Assembly: GCA_965228735.1 (NCBI GenBank)
Contig: OZ245838.1
Coordinates: forward strand, 2,496,001 to 2,560,000
Length of the DNA: 64,000 nt
Direction: 5' to 3'
Source of the DNA: Planctomycetota bacterium
GTDB lineage: Bacteria > Planctomycetota > UBA1135 > UBA2386
In this document: in pieces, positions 11,801-19,997 of the stretch
Numbering within the stretch: the stretch's first letter is position 1
Layout: the number at the start of each line of letters is the position of its first letter
Translations under genes and position numbers: made by a program
Notes under the pieces: generated by a model
Databases searched by the model: none
Told to the model about the DNA's origin: nothing
The model's input: only the letters and a program-made list of their open reading frames with translations

Positions 11801-11986
11801 TTGCTCAACTACGGCGTGCTCATCACCGACGCCGCAGGCAGCGCGACCGCGCCGCTCGCCATCCCGAACAACCCGGCGCTCGCCGGCGTCAACACGTTCG
11901 GGCAGTGGGCCGTCGTGGTCACGGGCGGCCGCTTCCTCGGCACGTTCGACTTCACGAACGGACTGCAGATCCAGATGGGGATCTGA
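8882..11986 (+). CDS. Secreted ELWxxDGT-repeat protein with shared C-terminal domain
   Basis: Many GRELWxSDGTxAGT repeats; tail YGTGC...IPNNPALAG...GQW...TNGLQIQMGI; start ATG 8882 is uncertain. Confidence 0.92.
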   Translation: MESLRCRHRSPLTAAAAVAGFALTANAPVTGQSIVTNLQATANFNQTASSGIEEFVRAGGRVFFAATGQHGRELWVSDGTPAGTRVTLDIRTGSDHSDPTDLAPIGNSVVFAASADGLGRELWISDGTPAGTGLVRDINPGGGSSNVRYIASRGSTALFVANNGVTGNEIWRTDGTEAGTYLVVDIVGGPGTADPRDLVTAGSLVYFTAASPGNGRELWRTNGSPAGTFRIADLSPGTSSSNPTDLVPFGSGLLFVADDGTHGDELFLTDGQTITLLADVRPGPTSSQPRDLAAGTTRAFFTADDGSSGRELWCTDGTPAGTHLVTDIRAGAISSNPGELRAIGDTVWFAAHDGVNGLEPWRSDGTPAGTHLVADVRSSGSSSPTDFVAVGSEVWFSAFDNGVGREVFRSDGTSVGTSIVIDFLGVQSSSPADLIPYQPNGANPGVLCTGLDQGTGRELFFVDGTPAWSGLVRDLRPAVGRSEPRDFVALPGGAAFIALDSTHGSEVRFTDGTPAGTATVDVMPGTGSSVPTHLGAAGNRIFWQANDGTNGRELWSASVAAPAPMMLTNTIGVQGVEPEQMTAAGNVIVFTGVSGPGRELWTSDGTAAGTSQLVDLNPGTSSSNLQDLTSGGAFVAARGYDGTTGEELHVTDGTVAGTLSFDIRPGPLGSSPRWLTRAGDRVWFRANDGSNGAELWVTDGTVAGTKLVHDINPGPASSGPENITPGGGGVFFTADDGNTGRELWFSDGTPSGTQLVVNAATGAQSSVYQPLHGAAGGVFFARDTAAAGVELWYCDGSGAGSPTMVRDIAPGPADGVVKESLTPILGGALLLFAANDLQNGLQLWISDGTAPGTTRVSTFGNGGAGAVELSEFLAVGSRVFFRADDGVQGSEPWVLALGASGVAFTLEYGTGCAGIGNPVPDIAASGGLPVLGNAGFGVSLHGAPPSALAFLVFGFAPASASLNNACTRYMQVPLLNYGVLITDAAGSATAPLAIPNNPALAGVNTFGQWAVVVTGGRFLGTFDFTNGLQIQMGI

Positions 11987-12036
11987 GAATGGCCCTCACC
12001 GCAGCCACTTCGACCGGCGGCGGTGAGGGCGCCGAG

Positions 12037-12483
12037 CTACTGCTCGGCCTGCGCGCTGCGATGCACGTAGCGCTCGCCCTGCGGCTGCCAGGCGAACTGA
12101 TCCTGCACCTGCGCGAACGCGCTGAGGATCGCGGTCTCCATCTCGGCGTCGGTGAAGCCGCCGGATTCGTTCGCGGCCTTGGCCTTGTCGCTCACGACCT
12201 CACCGGCGAGCTTGCCGACGACGTTGTTGCCGAGCAGGCTGCGCAGCGTGCGCGTCACGGACCGCTGCACGGACTTGATCGCCGCCGTGCGGAACCGCGA
12301 CCGCGCCTTGGTGGCGAGCGCGTTGTCGTTCGCCGCCACGACGTCGACCGTCACGGTCGCGGCCTTGCCGGTTGCCGGGCACTCGAACTGGACGGCGAGC
12401 CGCGGCCCGCGCTGCTGCGTCGAGCGCACGAGGTCCCGGATGCGGGAGAAATCGGATTCGGTGGATCGGGGAGTGTTCATCAT
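12037..12483 (-). CDS. Hypothetical protein
   Basis: ORF with host-like codon usage and an SD-like GAGG upstream; FECPATG motif; no family recognised. Confidence 0.7.
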   Translation of the reverse strand: MMNTPRSTESDFSRIRDLVRSTQQRGPRLAVQFECPATGKAATVTVDVVAANDNALATKARSRFRTAAIKSVQRSVTRTLRSLLGNNVVGKLAGEVVSDKAKAANESGGFTDAEMETAILSAFAQVQDQFAWQPQGERYVHRSAQAEQ

Positions 12484-12544
12484 GTTCGTCCTCGTCCGAA
12501 GAAGCGCCGCCCCGCGCGCGACAGGACCGTGAATCCCGCCTCGG

Positions 12545-12576
12545 CTTGTGCGTACGGAACCTTGTGCGTACGGAAC
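12545..12576. repeat. Perfect 16-bp direct tandem duplication CTTGTGCGTACGGAAC
   Basis: 12545-12560 identical to 12561-12576. Confidence 0.9.
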
Positions 12577-12633
12577 CTGGTTCATGCTGCCGGCCTCGAG
12601 AGCGGCTGGCAGCATGAACCAGGCTCCGTACGC
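12566..12633 (-). terminator. 30-bp inverted repeat downstream of flagellin (terminator or mRNA-stabilising hairpin)
   Basis: Arms 12566-12595 and 12604-12633, two mismatches, 8-nt loop, 7 bp after the flagellin stop; no clear U-tract. Confidence 0.6.
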
Positions 12634-12640
12634 CGGGTTT

Positions 12641-13468
12641 CTAGCCGATCAGCTGGAGGGCGAGCTGGGGTTGCGCGTTGGCCTGGGCGAGCATCGCGAC
12701 CGCGGCCTGTTGCAGGATCTGGTTGCGCGCGAGATCGGCGGTCTCCTGGGCGATGTCGACGTCGCGGATGCGGGAGTCGGCGGCCGTGAGGTTCTCGGCC
12801 TGGATGCCGAGGAAACGAACCGTGCTCTCCAGCCGGTTCTGCATCGCGCCGAACTTGCCGCGCAGGCCGGAGACGTCGTCGATCGCCGAATCGATCGCGT
12901 CGAGCGCGGACGATGCCGCCAGGCTGTTCGTCACGCCGAGCACGTCGAGGCCGAGCGACGTGGCCAGCGCGGGCGCGAGGCTCGCGGCCAGCGTGTCGAT
13001 GCCGCTGCTCGTCCCGGCCCCGATCTGGAACGAGACCGTCGATGACGATCCGTCGAGCAGGCGGATGCCGTTGAACTCGCTGCTGCGACCGAGCCGGTCG
13101 ATCTCGTCGACGAGGGACTGGAACTCCTCGTCGAGCGTCGCGCGATCCTGTTCGGAGACCGAACCGTTGCTGGCCTGGATCGCGAGCTCGCGCAGCCGGA
13201 TGAGGATGTTCGAGGTCTCGTTGAGCGACCCTTCCGCGGTGCGCACGAGCGAGATCCCGTCCGCGGCGTTGCGCTTCGCCTGCTGCAGGGAGCGCACCTG
13301 GGCACGCAGCCGCTCGGAGATCGCGAGCCCGGCCGCGTCGTCGGCCGCACTCGCGATGCGCAGTCCGGTGGACAGCCGCCGGTAGTTGCCAGCCAGCCGC
13401 TCCGTGACCGTCGCCAGACCGCGCTGGGCGACGAGCGAGAGCACGTTGGTGTTGATGCGGAGGCCCAT
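12641..13468 (-). CDS. fliC: Flagellin (short, 275 aa)
   Basis: MGLRINTN, RLSTGLRIASAADDAAGLAISE, FQIGA, RGKFGAMQNRLE, SRIRDVDIAQE, MLAQANAQPQLALQL. Confidence 0.95.
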   Translation of the reverse strand: MGLRINTNVLSLVAQRGLATVTERLAGNYRRLSTGLRIASAADDAAGLAISERLRAQVRSLQQAKRNAADGISLVRTAEGSLNETSNILIRLRELAIQASNGSVSEQDRATLDEEFQSLVDEIDRLGRSSEFNGIRLLDGSSSTVSFQIGAGTSSGIDTLAASLAPALATSLGLDVLGVTNSLAASSALDAIDSAIDDVSGLRGKFGAMQNRLESTVRFLGIQAENLTAADSRIRDVDIAQETADLARNQILQQAAVAMLAQANAQPQLALQLIG

Positions 13469-13590
13469 GGCGGAAGCGCGGTCGTCGAGACCATCGACCC
13501 CCCGTGTCCGACTGCTGAACGGCGCGGGCAGGGCGCCCTCCCATCGCTCCTTCGGCCTACGTGACCCTTCGGGCTGCCCGACCCTGCGGG

Positions 13591-14283
13591 CTACGATTGA
13601 CGTCCCAGCTCGGACTCTTCCGCCTCGTCGAGCGACTGCCGCCAGTCACCCTCGCGCAACAGCGACAGCTTGTCCGCGAGGCGCGGCAACGCGCGGCGAA
13701 ACCGCTTGCGCACGGCCTCGTCACCGAGGTTCAGGACCGTGCCGATCTCCGCGAACGTCTTGCCCTCCCAGACCCGCAGGCGGATCACCTCGCGGTCGTC
13801 CGGCGGCAGCATCTCGAGCGCGAGGCGCATCCACTCGGCGCGTTCGTTGCGTTCGACGTGGGTCGGCGGCTGGGTCACGGACCGCGCCGCGTTGCCGAGA
13901 ACGAGAACGGAGTCGGTGGGCAGCGCGCGCTGTTTGCGGACGTCGCGGCGGTCCCGGTGCATGTGCCGGAACCGATCGCGCAGGTTGTTCTCGACGATGC
14001 GCGCCAACAGCGCGCGGAACGCGGCGCGGTTCTCGATGGCGAAGCGCGGGCCATCGCGCAGCACCTCGACCATCGCCTCCTGCACGAAGTCGTGGGTGTC
14101 GCCGTCGCGGCGCAAGACGCCCGAGAGCTTCTTGCGCACGTGGCGTTCGATCCACGGCAGGTGCTCGGTCACGAGGCGCTGCAACGCCGCTTCGTCGCCG
14201 CGATGGACGAGCAGCACCTGCATCGAGATGGAGTCTTCGTTCGGATCCGTCACGGACTCGTTCTTCACTGGCTCGTCGATCAC
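13591..14283 (-). CDS. ECF-family RNA polymerase sigma-70 factor
   Basis: Region 2 DTHDFVQEA...FRALLARIVENNLRD; region 4 LPPDDREVIRLRVWEGKTFAEIG. Confidence 0.9.
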   Translation of the reverse strand: MIDEPVKNESVTDPNEDSISMQVLLVHRGDEAALQRLVTEHLPWIERHVRKKLSGVLRRDGDTHDFVQEAMVEVLRDGPRFAIENRAAFRALLARIVENNLRDRFRHMHRDRRDVRKQRALPTDSVLVLGNAARSVTQPPTHVERNERAEWMRLALEMLPPDDREVIRLRVWEGKTFAEIGTVLNLGDEAVRKRFRRALPRLADKLSLLREGDWRQSLDEAEESELGRQS

Positions 14284-17249
14284 TGGCTCACCCGCTCACG
14301 CAGGGCGCGGAAGTCCGCGCGGTTGGACAGGCTCTGGAAGCGCTCGTCGGCGAGCCACCGGCGCGCCTCCTTGGCGCTGACCCGCGCCATCTGTTCGAGC
14401 GCGGCCACGGCGGCTCGCGCGTGCTCGTCGGCGCCCGACTGCCGAGCCGCGACGGTCGCCGCCTCCGCCGCGAGCCGGATCACTCCCGGATGCCGCGAGA
14501 AGTTCTTCACCGCCTCGGCAGTTGCCGCGACCGCGTCGTCGCCCCGGCCGAGATGCGCGAGCGCGAACGCGAGCTGGCTCTGGTGCGTGCCGAGGAACTT
14601 GCGCGCCCGAGAATGCTCGGGCTCGTGCTGCAGCGCCTCGGTCTGCATCGCGATCGCGCGACGCGCGAAGCCCTCGGCCGCCGCATGATCCCGCTGCTCG
14701 TTCGCCAACGCCGCCAGGCTGCTCCACGCGGCTCCGACGTCGACGCGGAAGTCGTTCTTCTCGGGCTGCTCGGCGATGAGCTGCTCGAGCGACTCGCAGG
14801 CTCCGTGCAACAGCTCGCGCGCGTCGTCGGCATCCTTGCCGTCCGTGCGGAGAAGGATGCAGTTGGCGAGCTGGGTGTCGATGTTGGCCCGGAGCATGCG
14901 ATCCATCCACGAATCGCGCCCCGCCGTGCTCAAGTCGTTCCCCGCGCGCCGCAGCAGCGCCTCGGCCTCGTCCAGCTTCCGCTTGCCGATCAACAGCGTC
15001 CCCAGGCGCAGGCGACTGTGCGTGACCGCCCGATGCAGGTGGGTGGCGCCGGGGAAGCTCGCGAGCAGAACGGCGCCGGTGTCGATCGCTCGACGCAGCC
15101 GAATCAGAGCGTCCGGTCTCCGACCCTGTCGATAGAGCACCTCGCCCTGGCCGGCGATCGACATCGTGCGCTCCATCACGAACTGCGCGTCACCGGTCAC
15201 GTTCTCCGTCGCCGCGACGACGACGTCGAAGTACGGCGCGGCTTCGTCGAGCCGGCCGGTCCAGAGCAGGACGTAGCCGAGCGTGCACGACGCCCGCAGT
15301 CGAGTCAGACGGGCCGCGCGCGTCGGCGGGTCGCCGGCCTCGTCGAGGACCGACAGGGCTTCGCGCGTCAACCGCTCGGCTTCCAATCGATGGCGCGCGG
15401 AGCGCCCGAGCGGCCGCGCGTGGGTGACGAGCGTGCTCGCGTACTCGACCGACGCCGCGGTCGCGCACTCGGGATCCGCCATCAACTTGCGCCAGTGCTC
15501 CACCGCTGCGCGGAACTCCTCACCGGCGCCGAACGGGTCGCTGCGCACCCGGAAGAGCAGCCGCTGCCGGAGCAGATGGCCCCGCAGCAGCTCGCGCCGC
15601 TGCGTCGACGCTTCGTCCGGATCGCGATCCAGCAGTTCGAGCGCGCGCGCGTTCGTTCCGAGCGCGCCCTCGGTGTTGTCGAGGCTGAGGTTGATGTTCG
15701 CCAGCGCGCGATAGGCTTCGGCGACCTCGAGGTAGCGCGTCGGCCTGTCCTCCTGCATCGCGAGGAACTGCTCGCACAGCTGGACGACGCCGTCGACCCG
15801 CGACTGCTTCTCGATGGGCGGCGCGAGCTGCCGCGACAGGTTCTCGGCCAGCATCCGGACCGTCCCGTTGAGGCTGGCGAACGCGACCTTCGCGGCGTCG
15901 TCGAGCTTGTCGCGTTCGGCCTCGACCGCGATGCGGGTCTGCTGCTCGTGCACCGCGTAGCCGATCGGCGCGCCGATGACGAGCAGCGACGCCGTGGCCC
16001 ACAGCGCGACCGTCGACCGATGCCGCCGCAGCCACTTGCCGCACCGCACCACCGTCGTCGGTGGAGTGGCGAGGATCGGCTCGATGCGCAGGAAGCGCCG
16101 CAGATCCGCGGCCATCTCGCCCGCGCTCGGGTAGCGGTCGGCCGGCGCCAGCTCCATCGCCTTCTCGCAGATCGTGCGCAGGTCCCGCGGCACGCCGACG
16201 GCCGCCCGGGACAGCGGCACGAAGTTGCCGGTCTCGACGTTGTTCAGAATCTCACGGGTCGAGCCGCCGACGAACGGACGCTTGCCGGACAGCAGTTCGT
16301 AGAGCACGACGCCGAGCGAGAAGACGTCGCTCGCCGGACCGGTGTCGCGGCCGAGCACCTGCTCGGGGCTGCAGTAGAACGGCGTGCCGAGGAACTCGGC
16401 CGTGACCGACTCGACGTCCGGCTCCTCGAGCTTGACGAGGCCGAAGTCGAGCAGCTTCACGCTGCCGTCGTCGCCGACCATGATGTTGTGCGGCTTGACG
16501 TCACGATGAACGAGGCCGTGCTCGTGCGCGTGCTGCAACGCGTCACCGACGCGCGCCGCGAGTTCGGCGGCCTCGGCCATCCGGCTGCAGTCGGCACGCA
16601 GGCCGAACCGCGGTTCCTGCATCAGGCTCTGCAGCGGCTTGCCCTCGAGGAACTCCATCGTGAAGTAGTGCCGGCCGCGCCATTCCCCCACCTCGTAGAT
16701 CGGCACGATGCCGGGGTGCTGCAGCCGCGACGCGGCGACGGCCTCGCGCCGGAAGCGCGCGATCGCGCGCACCGACCACGTCAGGTGTTCGTGCAGCAGC
16801 TTGAGCGCGACGCGGCGTCGCAGCGAGACCTGTTCGGCCTCGTAGACGGTGCCCATGCCGCCGCGGCCGAGCTGCCGAACGATGCGATAGTCGCCGAGGA
16901 TCTGCCCGGGCGTCGGCGCGACCTCCTGCGCCGGTCGGGTGTCGGACAGTTCGAGCTCGCCCGCGGCCAGGCCCTCGGCGACCATCGGCTCGAGCAGCTC
17001 GCGCAAACCGGCGTTTCGGTCGAGGAACTCGGCGGCCGAGGCCTCGCCGGAGTCCTCGCGGAACTCGAGAAACGCGTCCATCGCGTCGCCGAGCCGGTCG
17101 ACGCGCCGATCGAGCTCGCTCTGGCCACCCCCGTCGGCCGCAGCGGCGTCGGCCGCACCCGCGGCCGCCAACCGGGCATCGACCGGATCAGCCTCGAGTG
17201 ACCGACCGTTCTGGCCGGCACGGGTCACGGGATCGTCGGGTTCGGTCAT
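14280..17249 (-). CDS. Ser/Thr protein kinase with TM segment and TPR-like C-terminus
   Basis: LGRGGMGTVY, VALK, HRDVKPHN, DFG, GTPFYCSPEQ, DVFSLG; 4-bp overlap with the ECF gene. Confidence 0.93.
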   Translation of the reverse strand: MTEPDDPVTRAGQNGRSLEADPVDARLAAAGAADAAAADGGGQSELDRRVDRLGDAMDAFLEFREDSGEASAAEFLDRNAGLRELLEPMVAEGLAAGELELSDTRPAQEVAPTPGQILGDYRIVRQLGRGGMGTVYEAEQVSLRRRVALKLLHEHLTWSVRAIARFRREAVAASRLQHPGIVPIYEVGEWRGRHYFTMEFLEGKPLQSLMQEPRFGLRADCSRMAEAAELAARVGDALQHAHEHGLVHRDVKPHNIMVGDDGSVKLLDFGLVKLEEPDVESVTAEFLGTPFYCSPEQVLGRDTGPASDVFSLGVVLYELLSGKRPFVGGSTREILNNVETGNFVPLSRAAVGVPRDLRTICEKAMELAPADRYPSAGEMAADLRRFLRIEPILATPPTTVVRCGKWLRRHRSTVALWATASLLVIGAPIGYAVHEQQTRIAVEAERDKLDDAAKVAFASLNGTVRMLAENLSRQLAPPIEKQSRVDGVVQLCEQFLAMQEDRPTRYLEVAEAYRALANINLSLDNTEGALGTNARALELLDRDPDEASTQRRELLRGHLLRQRLLFRVRSDPFGAGEEFRAAVEHWRKLMADPECATAASVEYASTLVTHARPLGRSARHRLEAERLTREALSVLDEAGDPPTRAARLTRLRASCTLGYVLLWTGRLDEAAPYFDVVVAATENVTGDAQFVMERTMSIAGQGEVLYRQGRRPDALIRLRRAIDTGAVLLASFPGATHLHRAVTHSRLRLGTLLIGKRKLDEAEALLRRAGNDLSTAGRDSWMDRMLRANIDTQLANCILLRTDGKDADDARELLHGACESLEQLIAEQPEKNDFRVDVGAAWSSLAALANEQRDHAAAEGFARRAIAMQTEALQHEPEHSRARKFLGTHQSQLAFALAHLGRGDDAVAATAEAVKNFSRHPGVIRLAAEAATVAARQSGADEHARAAVAALEQMARVSAKEARRWLADERFQSLSNRADFRALRERVSQ

Positions 17250-17501
17250 CCGCTTCGAGGGCTCGGTAGCGGTGGCGACGGGCCACCGAATCGGTCCGGG
17301 ATATTACCGCGAAAGCGGCTCCGTCCCGCCCCCGGGAGCGTCACCCGATCGGGCAGCGGACACGAAATCACGGCCTGCCGCAGATTCCTCGATTTCGGCC
17401 GGGCGCTGTCCGGTCCGGCCGCCCGTCGGCGATCCGGGGAACGCGTTTCCCTGAGTCCACAACCCGGATCCGACCGCCGGATCCACCACCGGAATCGAAC
17501 C

Positions 17502-19823
17502 ATGAGTCATCAGAATCAGCTCTCCGCCGCGGTCACCGCGGCTCTCGGCCTGGCGCTCGCCGCGACCGCCCAGGACACCATCCCCGGCAACGAGGATCGC
17601 AGCGATCTGCAGCGCTCGCTGGAGGCGCCCGCGATCGTGCAGTCCGACACGCGCGTGCCGATCCACACCGGCGAGCCCGACGGCGGCCAGCCGTACGGCA
17701 TCTGGGGTGTCGGCAACGCCTACAAGGCGTCGTTCCACGATGGCGCGACGTTCGTGCCGTACCTCGGCAAGGACTACCCGCACAACCAGCCGCTCACGTG
17801 GCGCACGGTCTCGGCGAGCGTCGGCGCGCTCGAACTCGCGACGCAGAAGCCCGAACTGAGCTACACCGACTACCGCGCCGAGTACGACCTCGGCGGCATC
17901 ACGGAGGCCTACGACATCCGGGCGGACGGCCTCGAGCAGACGTTCGTCATCAGCAGCCGGCCGGCCGCCGGTGGCGACCTCGTGATCCGCGGCCGGCTCG
18001 ACACGATGCTGACGGCGAAGAACCGCGGCCTGCTGCACGACGAGATCCTGTTCCACGATGCCGCGGGCACGCCGATCCTGACCTACGGCGCCGCCACCGC
18101 GATCGACGGCAACGGCGACATGCTGCCCATGACGTCGGCCTACGACAACGGCACGATCACGCTGCGCCTCGACGGCCAGTGGCTCGAGGCCGCGCGCTTC
18201 CCCGTGGTCGTCGACCCGCTGCTCGGCGTCGTGAACACCGTGTTCGACTTGACGGTCGAGGACATGGACGTCATGCGCGACTCGTTCGGCACGAGCGGCA
18301 ACAACTGGCGCGCCGCCGCGCGCTGGACGTCGGCCAACGACGCCGACGCCTACCTGCGGCGCTTCAACGACGACGGCTCGGGCGACACCCCCGTGTGGAG
18401 TGACGTCAGCACCTGGTCGACGTCCGAGGTCAGCCTCGGTCAGCACCGGGACCGCGCCGTCATCCTGCTCGCGGTCACGCGCGACCTGAGCAACGGCGAT
18501 CGTCGCCTGCGCCTCCACCGGCGCGCGCGCGGCGACTTCTCGCACAACTCCAACACCGTGCTCGTGAACAACATCCCCGAGCAGGTCCAGCGCCCCGACG
18601 TCGCGAGCGACACCTGGGCGTTCGCGCCCGACTACCTGGTCATCGTCTACCAGGCCGAGAACCTCAACTCGTTCGGCCAGAGCACGACGAGCCAGATCTG
18701 GGGCATCCCGATCGGACTCGGGATCACCGGCACGACGACGCCCGGCAACCCGTTCCTGATCTCGGCGGGTCTCTTCGAGGACCACGAACGGCCGCAGATC
18801 GGCAAGGTCCGCGGCACGGGTCAGGTCTGGACCGTCGCCTACCAGGTCATCGGCAGCAACCCGCTGTTCAGCAGTCACACCGACTGGGACGTCGAGATGG
18901 TCCGCGTCGACCGCAACGGCAACGTCACGGCGCCGAAGACCTTCGGCCAGGGCAACGGCTGGCACGAGATGTCGCCGATGCTCGCGGGCTACGAGGACGA
19001 TCACTTCCTCGCGTGGGCCGAGTCGTCCGTCGCCGTCGCCGGCAGCAAGCCGAGCCATGCTCGCGGCATGAACCTGCGGACATCGCGGCAGCTGTGGAAC
19101 GGCAGCACCTGGACGCAGCCGCACGCGAGCTACCGCCACGTGCCCAACAACGACCCGCGCGCCGTCCTCACGGGGTTCGACCTCGACACCCGCACGGGCA
19201 GCCACGCGGTGATGGCCTACCGCAGCACGGTGACGAACAACGTCTATGTCCGTTCGATCGGCTACCGCGGTCACCTGCTGCGGCAGGAGACCGTCTACAA
19301 CCCGCCGGGCCTGACGACGAGCATCAGCGGCGCCGTCGCCTACGACGACGACAACGACTACTTCCTCGTCGGCTACGCCGCCAACGAGAACAGCGGCAGC
19401 GCCTACACCTACGTCGATCGCTTCGCGCATCCGACGGAGCCGATGCCGGTCACCGCTGGCCTGGGCTGCTCGACGGCGTCGCTGTCGTGGGACGGCTCGA
19501 TGCTGATCGGCGACGAGGGCTCGCGGCTCGTGCTCAGCGGCCTGCCGAACGGCGCGCTGTCGACGATCCTCGTCGGCACGCAGCAGTTCAGCGCGCTGCT
19601 CAACGTCGCGCCGGTCCACCCGGGCTGCTGGCTGCTCGTCCCGAACACCGGCCCCGCCGCGATCGGCACGCTGCCGTTCGGGTTCGGCCCGGAGATCAGC
19701 TACCAGGTCGACCTGCCCGAGTGGCTCGACCCGACGACCCTGCACTTCCAGGGCGTGCACTTCGACGCCGGCGCGACCGAGGTCTTCACGACCCAGCGCC
19801 TGTCGGTCACGTTCGTGAAGTAG
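17502..19823 (+). CDS. Large secreted protein with divergent version of the shared C-terminal domain
   Basis: Signal peptide ending ATAQ; N-domain ending FPVVVDP; tail AGLGC...PGCWLLV...HFQGVHFD...TTQRLSVTFVK. Confidence 0.85.
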   Translation: MSHQNQLSAAVTAALGLALAATAQDTIPGNEDRSDLQRSLEAPAIVQSDTRVPIHTGEPDGGQPYGIWGVGNAYKASFHDGATFVPYLGKDYPHNQPLTWRTVSASVGALELATQKPELSYTDYRAEYDLGGITEAYDIRADGLEQTFVISSRPAAGGDLVIRGRLDTMLTAKNRGLLHDEILFHDAAGTPILTYGAATAIDGNGDMLPMTSAYDNGTITLRLDGQWLEAARFPVVVDPLLGVVNTVFDLTVEDMDVMRDSFGTSGNNWRAAARWTSANDADAYLRRFNDDGSGDTPVWSDVSTWSTSEVSLGQHRDRAVILLAVTRDLSNGDRRLRLHRRARGDFSHNSNTVLVNNIPEQVQRPDVASDTWAFAPDYLVIVYQAENLNSFGQSTTSQIWGIPIGLGITGTTTPGNPFLISAGLFEDHERPQIGKVRGTGQVWTVAYQVIGSNPLFSSHTDWDVEMVRVDRNGNVTAPKTFGQGNGWHEMSPMLAGYEDDHFLAWAESSVAVAGSKPSHARGMNLRTSRQLWNGSTWTQPHASYRHVPNNDPRAVLTGFDLDTRTGSHAVMAYRSTVTNNVYVRSIGYRGHLLRQETVYNPPGLTTSISGAVAYDDDNDYFLVGYAANENSGSAYTYVDRFAHPTEPMPVTAGLGCSTASLSWDGSMLIGDEGSRLVLSGLPNGALSTILVGTQQFSALLNVAPVHPGCWLLVPNTGPAAIGTLPFGFGPEISYQVDLPEWLDPTTLHFQGVHFDAGATEVFTTQRLSVTFVK

Positions 19824-19883
19824 TCAGCACCCCGACCCCTGCCCAGGGAACGCCCGACCCGGCCGGGCCATCGGCCGCCGGGT

Positions 19884-19918
19884 CGCGGGCCGCGCCGTCG
19901 CGGCCCGCGCGGGTTTTC
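19884..19918 (+). terminator. Intrinsic terminator-like hairpin
   Basis: Perfect 11-bp stem CGCGGGCCGCG/CGCGGCCCGCG (19884-19909), 4-nt loop, followed by CGGGTTTT. Confidence 0.6.
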
Positions 19919-19997
19919 TGCACCCAATCTGTCGTTCTCACGGCTCCCCGACCACTGGTTGTAGAGCCAGCACGGAACCAGATTCGGACGAACCAAC

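Noticed and set aside
13520..13590. Sigma28 promoter for flagellin
   Set aside because: Only a partial GCCGAA -10-like match on the minus strand and no TAAA -35; not supportable
13386..17201. 1271-aa plus-strand ORF and similar long ORFs (e.g. 26523-29537, 32219-34654, 17304-19760)
   Set aside because: Antisense or alternative-frame shadows of motif-bearing genes; Arg/Ala/Pro-rich artefacts of high GC
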